64,000 nucleotides of DNA from an uncultured Gemmatimonadales bacterium (GCA_963851265.1 CAWKNZ010000002.1:1408001-1472000); one strand, 5' to 3'; positions 13,036 to 23,723 are shown, numbered from the stretch's first letter. Translations and numbers: made by a program. Notes: generated by a model from the sequence alone, not told the origin.

Positions 13036-14025
13036 TCAGCTCGCGGCGAGCTTGCGGTCGGCGCGAACGGGTGGACGCGCGGCCGGCGCGCGTCGCGCGT
13101 CGGCGACCGGGCGCGGATACCGGCGCTCGATCCAGATGAGGATGGACGAGGCGACGTAGATCGAACTGAACGTTCCGGTGAAGATCCCGAACGCCATGAC
13201 CCAGGCGAAAGGCCGGATCACCTCGCCGGCGAAGACGAGAAGCGCGAGCGTCGCGCCGAGGGTCGTCGCGTGCGTCAGCACCGAGCGGGGGAGCGTCTCG
13301 TTGACGGAGAGGTTGACGAGGTCGTAGAGACTCATCCCGCGGTGCTTGCGGAGGTTCTCGCGGACACGGTCGAAGATGATGATCGTGTCGTTCAGCGAGT
13401 ACCCGATCACCGTAAGGATCGCAGCGATCACGGTAAGCGACACCTCGATGCGCATCAGGCTGATGAACGCGATCGTGGTGAGGATGTCGTGAGCGGTCGC
13501 GATGACGGCGGCGAGGCCGAACCGCCATTCGAAGCGGAACCACAGATAGACGAGCGTCAGGGCGAACGACACGAGGATCGCGATGATCGCGCCGCGACGG
13601 AGCTCGCTTCCGACGCGCGGGCCGACGGCCTCGGTGCGCACGACCTGAAACGCGCCGGCGCCGAAGCGTTGCGTCAGCACGTCAGTCACGCGTCGCGCGA
13701 CCGTCTCGGCGCCGTGGGTGCCGGCATCGGCGACGGCGGCGGCGTTCTGGGCGCGTAGCGTGAACTCGCGGTCCGACCCGAACTGCGTGATCTCGGCGTC
13801 GTGCACGCCACCCGCGTCGAGCGCCGTGCGCAGCTGCGCGACGTCGGGGTGTTGCTTGAATGCGAGCTGCATGAGCGTGCCGCCCGTGAAATCGATGCTA
13901 TAACGGACACCGCCGGTGGCAAGCGCGGAGCCGAGCCCGAGCACGATGAACGCGGCGGTGGCGATCGCCATCGCGCGCCACCACTTGATGAAATCGTACC
14001 GGGTGTCGTGGAAGATGCGCAGCAT
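13036..14025 (-). CDS. secF: Protein translocase subunit SecF
   Basis: IDFTGGT, VGPRVGSEL, HD, GYSLNDTIIIFDRVREN, GTFSSIYVAS. Confidence 0.97.
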   Translation of the reverse strand: MLRIFHDTRYDFIKWWRAMAIATAAFIVLGLGSALATGGVRYSIDFTGGTLMQLAFKQHPDVAQLRTALDAGGVHDAEITQFGSDREFTLRAQNAAAVADAGTHGAETVARRVTDVLTQRFGAGAFQVVRTEAVGPRVGSELRRGAIIAILVSFALTLVYLWFRFEWRFGLAAVIATAHDILTTIAFISLMRIEVSLTVIAAILTVIGYSLNDTIIIFDRVRENLRKHRGMSLYDLVNLSVNETLPRSVLTHATTLGATLALLVFAGEVIRPFAWVMAFGIFTGTFSSIYVASSILIWIERRYPRPVADARRAPAARPPVRADRKLAAS

Positions 14026-14052
14026 TGATGTGCCTTCTGGGGTGGCCGTCGC

Positions 14053-15846
14053 TCAGATGCTGAGCGCCTGGGCGGCGCGGTGGCGACTCAGCCACAGCAG
14101 ATAGAACGTGCGCACCACGAAAATCGCGGTGATCATCGACGCCGCGATGCCGGCGAGCAGCGTGACAGCGAATCCCTTCACTGGGCCCGTGCCAAACGTG
14201 TAGAGGACGAGCGCGGTGAGCGCCGTGGAAACGTTGGAATCGACGATCGCGGGGAGCGCGTGGCGGAAGCCCTCGTCGATCGAGGTCCGGACAGACTTCC
14301 CGGCCGTTATCTCCTCACGAATTCGTTCGAAGATCAGCACGTTCGCGTCGACGGCGATACCGATCGAGAGCACGAACCCAGCGAGTCCCGGGAGCGTGAG
14401 CGTGGCGTTGAAGCCGGCGAGCGTCGCGGCCGTGTACAGCACGTAGAGGATCAGGCCGCCGACAGCGAGGATCCCGGAGAATCGGTAGTACCCGATCATG
14501 ATCCCGATGACGAGCAGGACGGCCACGACGCCGGCGACGACACCCTTGTTGATCGAGTCGCGCCCGAGCGAGGGGCCGATCTCACGAGTTTCCGCGACCT
14601 TGAGCGGGACCGGGAGTGCGCCGGCCTTGAGGACGATCGAGAGGTCCTGCGCGGCCTGAAGCGTTCCGCCGCCGAGCGTGATCTGGCCGTTGGTGCTGAT
14701 CGCGCTCTGGATGGTGGGCGCGGTGATGACGCGTCGGTCGAGGACGACGGCCATCTGGTCGCGAATGTGACGGGCCGTTTCGGTCTGGAAGTGGCGTCCG
14801 CCCTCACGCGAGAGCGTGAAGTCGACCTTGTTGCCTTCCGTCGGGTCGCTCATCGGGCGGGCATCGGTGAGGTATTCGCCCGTGATGATCGGCCGCGAGT
14901 CGAGGGCGTAGAGCGTGCGGAGCACCTGCGTGCCCTGCACGAGTGTGTCGGCGCCCCAGCGCAACACCTTCCCGGGCGGCATCGCCGCCTGAACGGCCGA
15001 GTCGTCCAGCAGCGGTTGCAGTCGGAGGTAATCGGCCTCCGTCATGACGTACTCACCTGGATACCGCCCCGGGGCGACCGCCTTGCTGAACGCGCCCTTG
15101 GTCGCCGGCGCCTTGGACGCGCTGTCAGTCGCGGTATCGCGACGCGCGCTGTCGCGCACGGTGGTATCGGTGCTCCGTCCGGCGGACGCGACCGTAGTAC
15201 CGGCCTTCCGCGCCTGGCTCGCCGGGCGCGCGCCGGACGAGTCGCCGACGCGCTGCTTGACCGTCGTGTCGGCGCCCGGCGTCAGGAGGCCGTTCAGTCC
15301 TGTGGTCGTGCCGGTCGCAGGTGTGGCGGTCGCAGCCACGGCACCACCGGCTGTCGCCGACGCGCGTGCGACGAGTGCCGGGAGGCGCTGCGCGGCCGCT
15401 GCATCGAGCCGGCCGAGTGAGCGTTCGAGCGCCTGCGTCTTGTCGGCGATCTGGAATTCGAGGTACGCGGCCCGCTGGACGATCGCTTCCGCACGCGCAG
15501 GGTCATCGACACCGGGCAATTCGACGAGAATGCGATCCTCGCCCGCTTTCTGGACGATCGGCTCGCTGACGCCGAGTTCGTCGATGCGGTTGCGGACCAC
15601 CGTCAACGCGCGCTCGACGGCGTCGGGCTTATTTGCCACGGCGCCCTTGCTCTCGTCAACCTCGAGCGTGAGGTGGATGCCACCTTGCAGGTCGAGCCCG
15701 CGCCGGAGCGGAACGCGGCGGACCGTATCGGTCACGAACACGCCGTTACGCTTCACGCGCTCGACAACGGTGCGCGGGAAGAGCGCCCACAAGGACGCGA
15801 GCACGAGCGCGCCGATGACGAGCAGTCGGGTCTTCAGGTTGGACAT
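14053..15846 (-). CDS. secD: Protein translocase subunit SecD
   Basis: [57 protein letters not shown]. Confidence 0.97.
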   Translation of the reverse strand: MSNLKTRLLVIGALVLASLWALFPRTVVERVKRNGVFVTDTVRRVPLRRGLDLQGGIHLTLEVDESKGAVANKPDAVERALTVVRNRIDELGVSEPIVQKAGEDRILVELPGVDDPARAEAIVQRAAYLEFQIADKTQALERSLGRLDAAAAQRLPALVARASATAGGAVAATATPATGTTTGLNGLLTPGADTTVKQRVGDSSGARPASQARKAGTTVASAGRSTDTTVRDSARRDTATDSASKAPATKGAFSKAVAPGRYPGEYVMTEADYLRLQPLLDDSAVQAAMPPGKVLRWGADTLVQGTQVLRTLYALDSRPIITGEYLTDARPMSDPTEGNKVDFTLSREGGRHFQTETARHIRDQMAVVLDRRVITAPTIQSAISTNGQITLGGGTLQAAQDLSIVLKAGALPVPLKVAETREIGPSLGRDSINKGVVAGVVAVLLVIGIMIGYYRFSGILAVGGLILYVLYTAATLAGFNATLTLPGLAGFVLSIGIAVDANVLIFERIREEITAGKSVRTSIDEGFRHALPAIVDSNVSTALTALVLYTFGTGPVKGFAVTLLAGIAASMITAIFVVRTFYLLWLSRHRAAQALSI

Positions 15847-15961
15847 GCGCCTGCGGAGGGAGGGGCCGCGCGACGTCGACCACGCTCAGCGGCAGAGCCG
15901 CGTCGCGGAGGGCGCAACGTGCGGTGAATTCGGAGGTTACGGTCGGGACGAGCCGACAACG

Positions 15962-16918
15962 TTACCGGTACCCCGCGAGGGGGTCAACGGAGCCGCGTTC
16001 GTGCGCGGCGAGTGCGAGACGGGCCGCCGCAGCGTCGCGATCGAGTTGCGCGACCAGCGCTTCGAGACCGGCAAACCGCTGGATGTCACGGAGATGCGCC
16101 AGAACCGACACGCTCACGGGAGCGTCGTACCAGTCGCCGGCCGCGTCGAACAGGTGAACTTCGGCCGAACGCCCGGTGTCGCCGAACGTCGGCCGGCCAC
16201 CCAGGTTGAGCATTCCCGCGCGCTCTCCGTCGGGCAGCGATGCCCTGACCGCGTAGACCCCGTCCGGCGGCAGGAGTTTCCGCGCGTCCGCGAGGCGTAC
16301 GTTGAGGGTCGGGTAGCCGAGGAGCCGACCGCGCTGGTCACCGCGTACGACCGTGCCGCGGAACGCGTATGCCCGCCCGAGTTGACCGGCTACCGCCTGC
16401 AGGTCACGGCGGCGCACGGCGTCGCGGACCGTCGTCGACGAAATCGGCGTCCCATCGGGCCCGGCGACCGGTGGTACGACGTCGACCGCGAATCCGTGCG
16501 ATGCGCCGAGCGCCTGCAACATCGTGGCGTCGCCGCCGCGCCCGCGGCCGAACCCGTGATCGTGACCGACCAGGAGTTCGCGCATGTCGTAGCGATCACG
16601 CAAGATATCGAGGACGAACTGCTCGGCCGAAAGGGCGGCGAGCGCGGGAGTGAACGGGAGACTGACGACGCGATCGATCTGGGTTGCGACCGAGGCGAGC
16701 GCCTCGAGCTTCTCGACGCCGGGGGTGAGCAGCGGCGGGGCGTCGTCCGGGCGGAGCGTCTCGAGCGGGTGGCCGGCGAAGGTGACGAGCACGCTTCGGA
16801 GTTCGCGCGATCGGGCGCGCGCTTCGAGTTCGCGGAGCACGTCCGCGTGCCCGCGGTGGACGCCGTCGAACGTGCCCACGGTGATCACGGCGCCCCGGCG
16901 CCCGTTCGTGTCAGTCAT
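15962..16918 (-). CDS. ribF: Bifunctional riboflavin kinase/FAD synthetase
   Basis: GTFDGVHRGH, GHDHGFG, ISST, GDQRGRLLGYPTLN, GGRPTF, EVHLFD. Confidence 0.96.
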   Translation of the reverse strand: MTDTNGRRGAVITVGTFDGVHRGHADVLRELEARARSRELRSVLVTFAGHPLETLRPDDAPPLLTPGVEKLEALASVATQIDRVVSLPFTPALAALSAEQFVLDILRDRYDMRELLVGHDHGFGRGRGGDATMLQALGASHGFAVDVVPPVAGPDGTPISSTTVRDAVRRRDLQAVAGQLGRAYAFRGTVVRGDQRGRLLGYPTLNVRLADARKLLPPDGVYAVRASLPDGERAGMLNLGGRPTFGDTGRSAEVHLFDAAGDWYDAPVSVSVLAHLRDIQRFAGLEALVAQLDRDAAAARLALAAHERGSVDPLAGYR

Positions 16919-17783
16919 GCAGGACGACGCGAGGCTGCCAGCGATCGCCGGCGCGGACGGCGACCGCGACGAGGCGTCCGGTCGACGCATCGGTGAGCGC
17001 GGCGCGATCACCGGCGATCACGGCCGGGATCGCGATGCCGGCGAAGATGCGTCGCAGGTCGGGTCCGTCGAGCGCTTGCGCGGGGAACTCCGGAACGGCA
17101 TCTCGAGCCGGATGCAGTTCGGCCGCACCGTCCCGGAGCGCGTCAACGCTCACCGAGTCGGCGACGTCGAACGCACCGCTGCGGGTGCGACGGAGCGCGG
17201 TGAGGTGCGCGGCGCTGTCCACCAGGCGCCCGAGGTCGCGCGCGAGCGCGCGAATGTACGTCCCCGGCCCGCAGGTGATGCGGACGTCGAGTTCTGCGAC
17301 CGGGTCGCCGGAGCCGTCGCGCGAACGCAGCAACTCCCATCCGTCGACGCGAACGCGCGCCGGCGCGAGCGTGACGGTCGTCCCGGCGCGCGCGAGCGCG
17401 TACGCGCGCTGGCCGTCGACACGTTTGGCCGAGTACGCCGGCGGCAGCTGATCCAGGTCGCCGGTGAGTTGCGCGACGGCCGTCTGGATCGCCGCCGCCG
17501 GCGGAGGTGGGGCGCGGCGTGCCACCGCGCCATGGAGGTCGTCCGTCTCCGTCTCGGCGCCGAAACGGATTGTCGCCTCGTACACCTTCGGGTCGCCGCT
17601 GACGTAGGGCAACAAGCGCGTCGCACGCCCGACGAGCAGGACGAGCAGCCCGGTGGCGAACGGGTCGAGGGTGCCGGCGTGACCGATGCGGCGCTCGCCC
17701 AACGCGCGCCGGGCGACGTTGACCACGTCGTGTGACGTGACGCCGGCGGGCTTGTCGACGAGGAGCAGGCCGTCGCGAGACAT
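16911..17783 (-). CDS. truB: tRNA pseudouridine(55) synthase
   Basis: DKPAGVTSHDVV, GHAGTLDPFATG, PPAYSA, GTYIRALARD, LRRTRSG. Confidence 0.97.
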   Translation of the reverse strand: MSRDGLLLVDKPAGVTSHDVVNVARRALGERRIGHAGTLDPFATGLLVLLVGRATRLLPYVSGDPKVYEATIRFGAETETDDLHGAVARRAPPPPAAAIQTAVAQLTGDLDQLPPAYSAKRVDGQRAYALARAGTTVTLAPARVRVDGWELLRSRDGSGDPVAELDVRITCGPGTYIRALARDLGRLVDSAAHLTALRRTRSGAFDVADSVSVDALRDGAAELHPARDAVPEFPAQALDGPDLRRIFAGIAIPAVIAGDRAALTDASTGRLVAVAVRAGDRWQPRVVLHD

Positions 17784-17793
17784 CGTGGCGGTC

Positions 17794-17829
17794 CGAACGC
17801 GGTTGCGAACGCCGTTGCGAACGCGGCTG
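17794..17829. repeat. Imperfect 12-bp tandem repeat x3 between rbfA and truB
   Basis: CGAACGCGGTTG CGAACGCCGTTG CGAACGCGGCTG. Confidence 0.7.
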
Positions 17830-17842
17830 TGAGCGACGCGCG

Positions 17843-18253
17843 CTACGCCGCCGGTTCGCCCGGTTCGGCGGTGCCGCCCTCCGTCTCCGGCTCTTCCTCG
17901 CGCTCCTGGCGCACCTGTTCGAGCAACGTTTCGATGCGCGCGGCGTAGGTCACGCTCTGGTCGTACTTGAAGGCGATCTCGGGGGCGGAGCGCAGCCGGA
18001 GCGCGCGGCCGATGTGGCCGCGCAGATGTCCGGCCATCGCCTCCAAACCGTCGAGCGTCTCGCGGCGCGCCGCGTCGTCGCCGAGGACGCTGACGAACAC
18101 CTTGGCGTGCCGGAGGTCGCGCGTGACATCGACGCCGGTCACGGTGACGAGGCCGCGGACGCGCGGATCCTTCACGCCGTCCGTGAGGAAGGTGGCAATC
18201 TCTTCGCGAATGGCCTCCGACACGCGGTCGGGGCGGCGGTTATCGAACGGCAT
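17843..18253 (-). CDS. rbfA: Ribosome-binding factor A
   Basis: RRPDRVSEAIREEI, KDPRV, VTVTGVDVTRDLRHAKVFVS, LRLRSAPEIAFKYDQS. Confidence 0.96.
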   Translation of the reverse strand: MPFDNRRPDRVSEAIREEIATFLTDGVKDPRVRGLVTVTGVDVTRDLRHAKVFVSVLGDDAARRETLDGLEAMAGHLRGHIGRALRLRSAPEIAFKYDQSVTYAARIETLLEQVRQEREEEPETEGGTAEPGEPAA

Positions 18254-18272
18254 GGTCAGCTGCGGGCAAGGT

Positions 18273-18332
18273 GAGAAAGCGAACGCGCCGCGCGCGGAGG
18301 CCGTGGTGTGGCCCCCGTGCGCGGCGCGTTCG
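18273..18332 (-). terminator. Strong hairpin between infB and rbfA (terminator or processing site)
   Basis: CGAACGCGCCGCGC...GCGCGGCGCGTTCG inverted repeat, followed on the minus strand by CTTTCTC. Confidence 0.55.
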
Positions 18333-18339
18333 ACGGTGG

Positions 18340-21300
18340 TCAGCCGGCCGCCGCGCTCGCCTGGAGCGTGCGGGCGACCTGCTCGGTGCGGTAGCACTCG
18401 ATGACGTCGCCGACCTTGAGGTCGTTGTAGTTCTCGACGCCGATACCGCACTCGAATCCTTCCTTGACCTCGCGGACGTCGTCCTTGAAGCGGCGGAGCG
18501 AGCCGAGGTTGCCGTCGTACACTTCGACGCCGTCGCGAATGACGCGCACCTTCGTACCGCGGGTGAACGTGCCGCTCCGGACCGACGCGCCGGCGATGGT
18601 GCCGATGCGCGGGACCTTGAACAGCTCGCGCACCTCGGCCTCGCCGAGCACGACCTCGCGCTGTTCGGGCGCGAGCAGGCCTTCAAGCGCGGCGCGAACG
18701 TCGCTCACGGCCTCGTAGATGATGCGATACAGCTTGATGTCGACGCCCTCGCGCTCGGCGGCGGTGCGCGCCTTGGTGTCGGGGCGCACGTGGAAGCCGA
18801 TGATGATCGCGCCCGAGGCCTTCGCGAGCAGGATGTCGCCCTCGGTGATGGCGCCGACGCCACGCTGGACGATCTCGACCGCGACCTCGCCGGTCGAGAG
18901 CTGACCGAGCGCGTCGGCGAGCGCCTCAGCCGGACCTCCCTGGTCGGCCTTGATCAACAGCTTGAGGTTCCGCTTCTCGCCGACGGGCGCCTCCTTCATG
19001 AACTCCTCGAGCGTGATCGCCGACTTGCTCGTACGGCGGCTCTTGGCTTCACGATCGAGGCGCTCGCGCCGCTGGGCGATCTCGCGCGCCTGTGTGGCGT
19101 CGTCGACCTCCAGGAACTGATCGCCGGCCATCGGCACGCCGGTGAGGCCGAGTACCTGGACCGGAATCGCGGGCCCCGCCGACTTGACAATCTTCCCACG
19201 CTCGTCGAGCAGGGCGCGGACGCGACCGGAGTACATGCCGCAGATGAAGTCGTTGCCGACTCGCAGCGTCCCGTTCTGGACGAGCACGGTCGCGACCGGA
19301 CCCTTCCCCGGGTCGAGCTGCGCTTCGATGACGGCGCCGGTAGCCCGGCGGTCGCTGTTGGCGCGGAGTTCGAGTAGATCGGCCTGCAAAAGGATCTGCT
19401 CGAGCAGCGCGTCCACGTTGGTCCCGAGCTTGGCCGAGATCTCGGTCGAAAGCACGGTCCCGCCGAAGTCTTCGAGCACGACGTTCTGCTGCAGCAACTC
19501 CTGCTTGACCCGCAGCGCGTTGGCCTGCGGCAGGTCAATCTTGTTGATCGCGACGATCATCGGCACGCCCGCGTTGCGGGCGTGCGAGATGGCCTCGACC
19601 GTCTGCGGCATGAGGCCGTCGTCAGCGGCGACCACGAGCACGACGATGTCCGTGACCTGCGCGCCGCGGGCGCGCATGGCCGTGAACGCTTCGTGGCCCG
19701 GCGTGTCGAGGAAGGTGATCTGGCGCTTGTTGGGCAGTGAGACGTGGTACGCGCCGATGTGCTGCGTGATGCCGCCGGCCTCGCCCGCCACGACGTTCGC
19801 CTTGCGGATGTAGTCCAGGAGCGACGTCTTCCCGTGGTCGACGTGCCCCATGATGGTCACGACCGGCGGCCGCGTCGTCAGATCCTCTTCCGTGTCGTCC
19901 GGCTGCGGTTCGGTCGCGAGGTCGGCGGCGTACTCCTCCTCGCGCACGGCCTGGAAGCCGAACTCCGACGAGATCATGTCGATCTGATCGAAGTCGAGGC
20001 GCTGATTGATGGTCACCATCAGGCCGAGGTTCTTCAGCGCGAAGCCGACGATCTGCGTCGGTGGCACCTTCAGGATCCCGGCGAGTTCGCTGACCGTGAT
20101 GAACTCGTTCACGCGAACCGTGGTCAGCTCGCGCTGGGCCTCCGCGGCACGAGCGGCCTCGAGTTCCTCGCGCCCGTCGTCATCGCGGCGACGTCCGCCG
20201 CGCGTCGGCGCACCACGAAGGTCGCGGAGCGTGTTGCGGATGTTGTCGGCAACGGCGCCCTGGTCGACGCCGCGCTTCCCCTTCTTGCCGCCGCGGCCTC
20301 CGCGGTCGGCGCGTGCCGGGGCGCCCGGCGCGCCCGCGAACGGGCTGCCGAACGTGGGCGTGCCCGCGCCAGGACCGCGACGTTCGTCGGGGCGACGTGC
20401 ACCGGGCGAGGCCGACGCGACGGGGGTCGCGGTGCGCGGCGATCCCGGCGTGATCGGCCGCGGACGCGGCGCGGCAGGCGTGATCGGACGCGGACGCGGG
20501 CCATCGATCGGCGGTGCACCCGGCGGCGTGGCCGTCGGCGGAGCGGCCGGCGACGCAGTCGCGACCGGTGCAGGACGGACAGGCGGCGGCGTGGCTGGCC
20601 GCTGGGGCACGTACGCAGGCGCCGGGCGGTCGCCGCCGCGTGACGGCGCGCTCGGGCCGGAGTTCGGCGTCGCCGGCGCACGATCGGCGCGCGGCGCCGC
20701 AGCGGCCGCTTCGGCCGCCTGCGCCGCGACACGCATGGCCTCGACGTCGGCGCGCTCACGGTCGGCGCGCTCACGATCGGCACCGGCGTTCGGCGCGACG
20801 GCGATGATGTCGGGCCGCGAGTCGGCCGGCTCGGCCGCGGGCTCGGGAGCCGGTGGCGCGGACACGGTCTGCGCCAGCGTCGGCTCGGCGCGCGCCGGCT
20901 GAAGAACCGGAACGACGTTCGCGGGGGCCACGGGGGTCGGGCGCGGCGCTTCGGGCGGCTGGGCTGCCGGCCGCGCTGCGACCGGGCTCGGCGCCGCGGG
21001 CGGTGGCGCGTCCGCAGCAGCCGGCGTGGCGACGGCGGCCGCCGGAGCGGCGGATGCCATCGCGGTCGGCGCCGGCTCAGGCGTGGCAGCTGCGTCGACA
21101 GCATCGGCCGTGAGCGCCTCGTCGTGCGCCAGCACGCCGTTGCTGGACTCTGCCTCGACCGCGCGCACGCGGCGGCGGACGCCCGCCGCGGCCGGCGGCT
21201 CGGGAGCGACGGCGACCGGTTCGGGCGCGGCCTTACGCCGACGCGACGGCGCGGGTGCGGCGGCCTGCGCCGCAGCCGTGGCGCGCGTGCGCTTCTCGCG

Positions 21301-21453
21301 CTCCCATCGGGCGCGGACGCGCGAGATCTGGTCGTCCGAGAGCACCGTTTGCGGGCCGCGGGCCACCGGAATTTCCATGACTCGGAGAAGCGACAGCACC
21401 TCCTCCGAGCCAACCTTCAGATCGCCTGCCAGTTCGTCGACGCGCTTGCTCAA
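18340..21453 (-). CDS. infB: Translation initiation factor IF-2 (TTG start, long Pro/Ala-rich N-domain)
   Basis: RPPVVTIMGHVDHGKTSLLD, GEAGGITQHIGAY, FLDTPGHEAFTAMRARGA, LRRFKDDVREV. Confidence 0.98.
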   Translation of the reverse strand: MSKRVDELAGDLKVGSEEVLSLLRVMEIPVARGPQTVLSDDQISRVRARWEREKRTRATAAAQAAAPAPSRRRKAAPEPVAVAPEPPAAAGVRRRVRAVEAESSNGVLAHDEALTADAVDAAATPEPAPTAMASAAPAAAVATPAAADAPPPAAPSPVAARPAAQPPEAPRPTPVAPANVVPVLQPARAEPTLAQTVSAPPAPEPAAEPADSRPDIIAVAPNAGADRERADRERADVEAMRVAAQAAEAAAAAPRADRAPATPNSGPSAPSRGGDRPAPAYVPQRPATPPPVRPAPVATASPAAPPTATPPGAPPIDGPRPRPITPAAPRPRPITPGSPRTATPVASASPGARRPDERRGPGAGTPTFGSPFAGAPGAPARADRGGRGGKKGKRGVDQGAVADNIRNTLRDLRGAPTRGGRRRDDDGREELEAARAAEAQRELTTVRVNEFITVSELAGILKVPPTQIVGFALKNLGLMVTINQRLDFDQIDMISSEFGFQAVREEEYAADLATEPQPDDTEEDLTTRPPVVTIMGHVDHGKTSLLDYIRKANVVAGEAGGITQHIGAYHVSLPNKRQITFLDTPGHEAFTAMRARGAQVTDIVVLVVAADDGLMPQTVEAISHARNAGVPMIVAINKIDLPQANALRVKQELLQQNVVLEDFGGTVLSTEISAKLGTNVDALLEQILLQADLLELRANSDRRATGAVIEAQLDPGKGPVATVLVQNGTLRVGNDFICGMYSGRVRALLDERGKIVKSAGPAIPVQVLGLTGVPMAGDQFLEVDDATQAREIAQRRERLDREAKSRRTSKSAITLEEFMKEAPVGEKRNLKLLIKADQGGPAEALADALGQLSTGEVAVEIVQRGVGAITEGDILLAKASGAIIIGFHVRPDTKARTAAEREGVDIKLYRIIYEAVSDVRAALEGLLAPEQREVVLGEAEVRELFKVPRIGTIAGASVRSGTFTRGTKVRVIRDGVEVYDGNLGSLRRFKDDVREVKEGFECGIGVENYNDLKVGDVIECYRTEQVARTLQASAAAG

Positions 21454-21878
21454 TCCACCCTCCTGAAGTCCCGGCGCGACCGCCCGGCGTGGGCGCCGCG
21501 ACCAGGGACCGTCCCGGTACGTCCGTCGTCGGACGACCCCGGGGCGCCACGCTCGGCGCCCTGGTCCTGTTGTATACCCCGGGCGAGGTTGGCGTCGGTC
21601 ACGCCCACCACCGCCGTCGTTTCCCGCCCGACCGCCTGCCCGAGCACCGCGGCCGACGGTCCCTCGACTATCGGCACGCCGCGCGCGGCGAGCAGCGGCC
21701 GCACCTTATGCAAACTGTGCTGCGAAGCGTCCGGCGCAACCACCGCGAGCTGCAAGGTGCCCCGGCCGACGGCTTCGCGCACCCGCTCAACGCCGACGAC
21801 CGCCCCGCGCGAACGCACGCCCAACCCGAGGAGCCGCAGCATCCGAGTAGTACGCGCGTCCGGCGGTGCGTCACTCAC
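21450..21878 (-). CDS. L7Ae/L30e-family RNA-binding protein (YlxQ-like)
   Basis: LLGLG..R..VVG, VVAPDAS, LGQAVGR, VVGVTDANLA; located between nusA and infB. Confidence 0.85.
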   Translation of the reverse strand: MSDAPPDARTTRMLRLLGLGVRSRGAVVGVERVREAVGRGTLQLAVVAPDASQHSLHKVRPLLAARGVPIVEGPSAAVLGQAVGRETTAVVGVTDANLARGIQQDQGAERGAPGSSDDGRTGTVPGRGAHAGRSRRDFRRVD

Positions 21879-21890
21879 CCGAGCACCCGA

Positions 21891-23222
21891 TCAGCTGCCG
21901 ACTGCGGAACTGGTACCCGCGTCGTCCTCGTCCGCCTCACCTTCGGTCGTGAGTGACTCCACGAGCGCGACCAGGTGGTCAGCCTCGGCCGGCGCGATGC
22001 CCGGCAGCCGGAGAAAATCGTCGCGGTCGAGATCGAGGATGTCGTCCAGCGTACGGTAGCCGCCCGCTTCGAGAACCGCGACCACCGCGGGCTCGATGCC
22101 GGCGATGTCGCCGAGCGGCACGTCACTCACATCCTCGGACTCGGGCTGGGGCGCGACCGGCTCGGGCGCGCGGTCGGTCCACTCGCGGCTCGAGTAAAGG
22201 TCGAGCTTCCACCCGGTCAGCTCGGACGCGAGCCGCACGTTCTGGCCATTGCGGCCGATCGCGAGCGACAGCTGATCGTCGTCGACGATGACCTGGATGG
22301 TCTTGGCGGCGTGATCGCTGTAGACGCGCGCGACCTTGGCCGGCGCGAGCGCGAGCTTCGCGAAGCGCTCCGGATCTGCCGACCAGGGGACGATGTCGAT
22401 GCGCTCGCCGCCAAGTTCGTTGACGACGGTCTGCACGCGAGCGCCCTTGAGGCCGACGCACGCGCCGACCGGGTCGACCGCGTCGTCGCGCGAGAAAACC
22501 GCGATCTTCGTCCGGCTGCCGACCTCGCGCGCGGCGGCGCGGATCTCGACGATACCCTGCTGGATTTCGGGCACCTCGAGGCGAAAGAGCGCCTGCACGA
22601 AGAGGGCGTCGGCGCGACTCAGCACGAGCCGCGGACCCTTGGGCGTGTCCTCGACTCGCTTCAGGACGGCGCGGATCGTCTCGCCCTGGTGGGCGTGCTC
22701 GCGGTGGTTCTGCTCGCGATATGGGATGATCGCCTCCGCCTCGCGGAAGCGGGTCAACATCAGGACGATCTTTCCGCGCTCGATCTGCTGGACCTCGCCC
22801 GACAGGAGCTCCCCGACCTTGGACGAGAACTCGTCCTTGATGCGCGTGCGCTCGCCCTCGCGAACACGCTGAACGATGCGCTGCTTCGCCGCCTGCACGG
22901 CCGCGCGGCCGAACTCGTGGAACGGCACCTCGCGCTCGTAAACGTCGCCGACCTGGAATTCCTCGTCCATGAGGCGGGCCTCGTCGAGCGAGATCTCGCG
23001 GGCGGGGTCTTCGGGCTCGGCGGCGACGGTCTTCAGCATGACGACGCGAATGCCGCCGGTCGCGTCATCGATGTCGACCTCGGCCTGCACGGTCGGTCCG
23101 TACTTCTTTTGCAGGGCGGCAAGGATGCCGTCCTGCAGAAGCGCGAACAGCTCGGCGCGGTCGAGCTGCTTCGCGTTCGTCAGCTCGCGGATCGCGGTGA
23201 GGACGTCGGGGGAGACGGCCAT
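21891..23222 (-). CDS. nusA: Transcription termination/antitermination factor NusA
   Basis: FGRAAVQAAKQ, EVPEI, AREVGSRTKIAV, DPVGACVG, LSLAIGRNGQNVRLA. Confidence 0.98.
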   Translation of the reverse strand: MAVSPDVLTAIRELTNAKQLDRAELFALLQDGILAALQKKYGPTVQAEVDIDDATGGIRVVMLKTVAAEPEDPAREISLDEARLMDEEFQVGDVYEREVPFHEFGRAAVQAAKQRIVQRVREGERTRIKDEFSSKVGELLSGEVQQIERGKIVLMLTRFREAEAIIPYREQNHREHAHQGETIRAVLKRVEDTPKGPRLVLSRADALFVQALFRLEVPEIQQGIVEIRAAAREVGSRTKIAVFSRDDAVDPVGACVGLKGARVQTVVNELGGERIDIVPWSADPERFAKLALAPAKVARVYSDHAAKTIQVIVDDDQLSLAIGRNGQNVRLASELTGWKLDLYSSREWTDRAPEPVAPQPESEDVSDVPLGDIAGIEPAVVAVLEAGGYRTLDDILDLDRDDFLRLPGIAPAEADHLVALVESLTTEGEADEDDAGTSSAVGS

Positions 23223-23225
23223 GGA

Positions 23226-23702
23226 TCACTCCTTCCTTGAATTCCAGTGAAACGCGAGGCGAGCCTGCGTCACATCGCCGAGCGGGAGTTGGTGCTCCTC
23301 GCCGCGCGCGTCGCGCACGACCGCGACCTCCGACCCGGGCTCGCCCTCAAGCGCGACGAGAGTGACCTCGGCGCGCCCACCCGGGAGGGGCGCGGCCGTC
23401 ACGAGCGCAGGCTGTCCGGCGAACCGACGCCAGTCGTCCGGCCGCCGAAGCGCACGTTCGATCCCAGGGGACGAGACCTCGAGGACGTAGCGATCACCGA
23501 CGAGTCCGCCCTCGTCCAACCGGGCCTCGATCGCGCGCGATGCGCGGGCGCAGTCGTCGATGGTGACCGACGAGCCGTCGGCGCGCTCGACGCGAACGTC
23601 GAGAACCGGCCGGCTGCGACTGCCACGGCGGCGGAGTTCGACCAACTCGAAGCCAAGTGCCGCAACTGCTTCGAGCACAACGGGTTCGAGGAGATCGCTC
23701 AC
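23226..23702 (-). CDS. rimP: Ribosome maturation factor RimP
   Basis: VTIDDCARASR, YVLEVSSPGIERAL; first gene of the nusA operon. Confidence 0.95.
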   Translation of the reverse strand: MSDLLEPVVLEAVAALGFELVELRRRGSRSRPVLDVRVERADGSSVTIDDCARASRAIEARLDEGGLVGDRYVLEVSSPGIERALRRPDDWRRFAGQPALVTAAPLPGGRAEVTLVALEGEPGSEVAVVRDARGEEHQLPLGDVTQARLAFHWNSRKE

Positions 23703-23723
23703 AATCGACGAGAACTAGAGGGC

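Noticed and set aside
11615..17829. Tandem repeats as a possible CRISPR array
   Set aside because: No unique spacers, at most three units, and no cas genes.
20400..21250. Low-complexity repeats in the IF-2 N-terminus (ADRERADRER, PRPRPITP twice)
   Set aside because: Variable Pro/Ala-rich N-domains are typical of IF-2.
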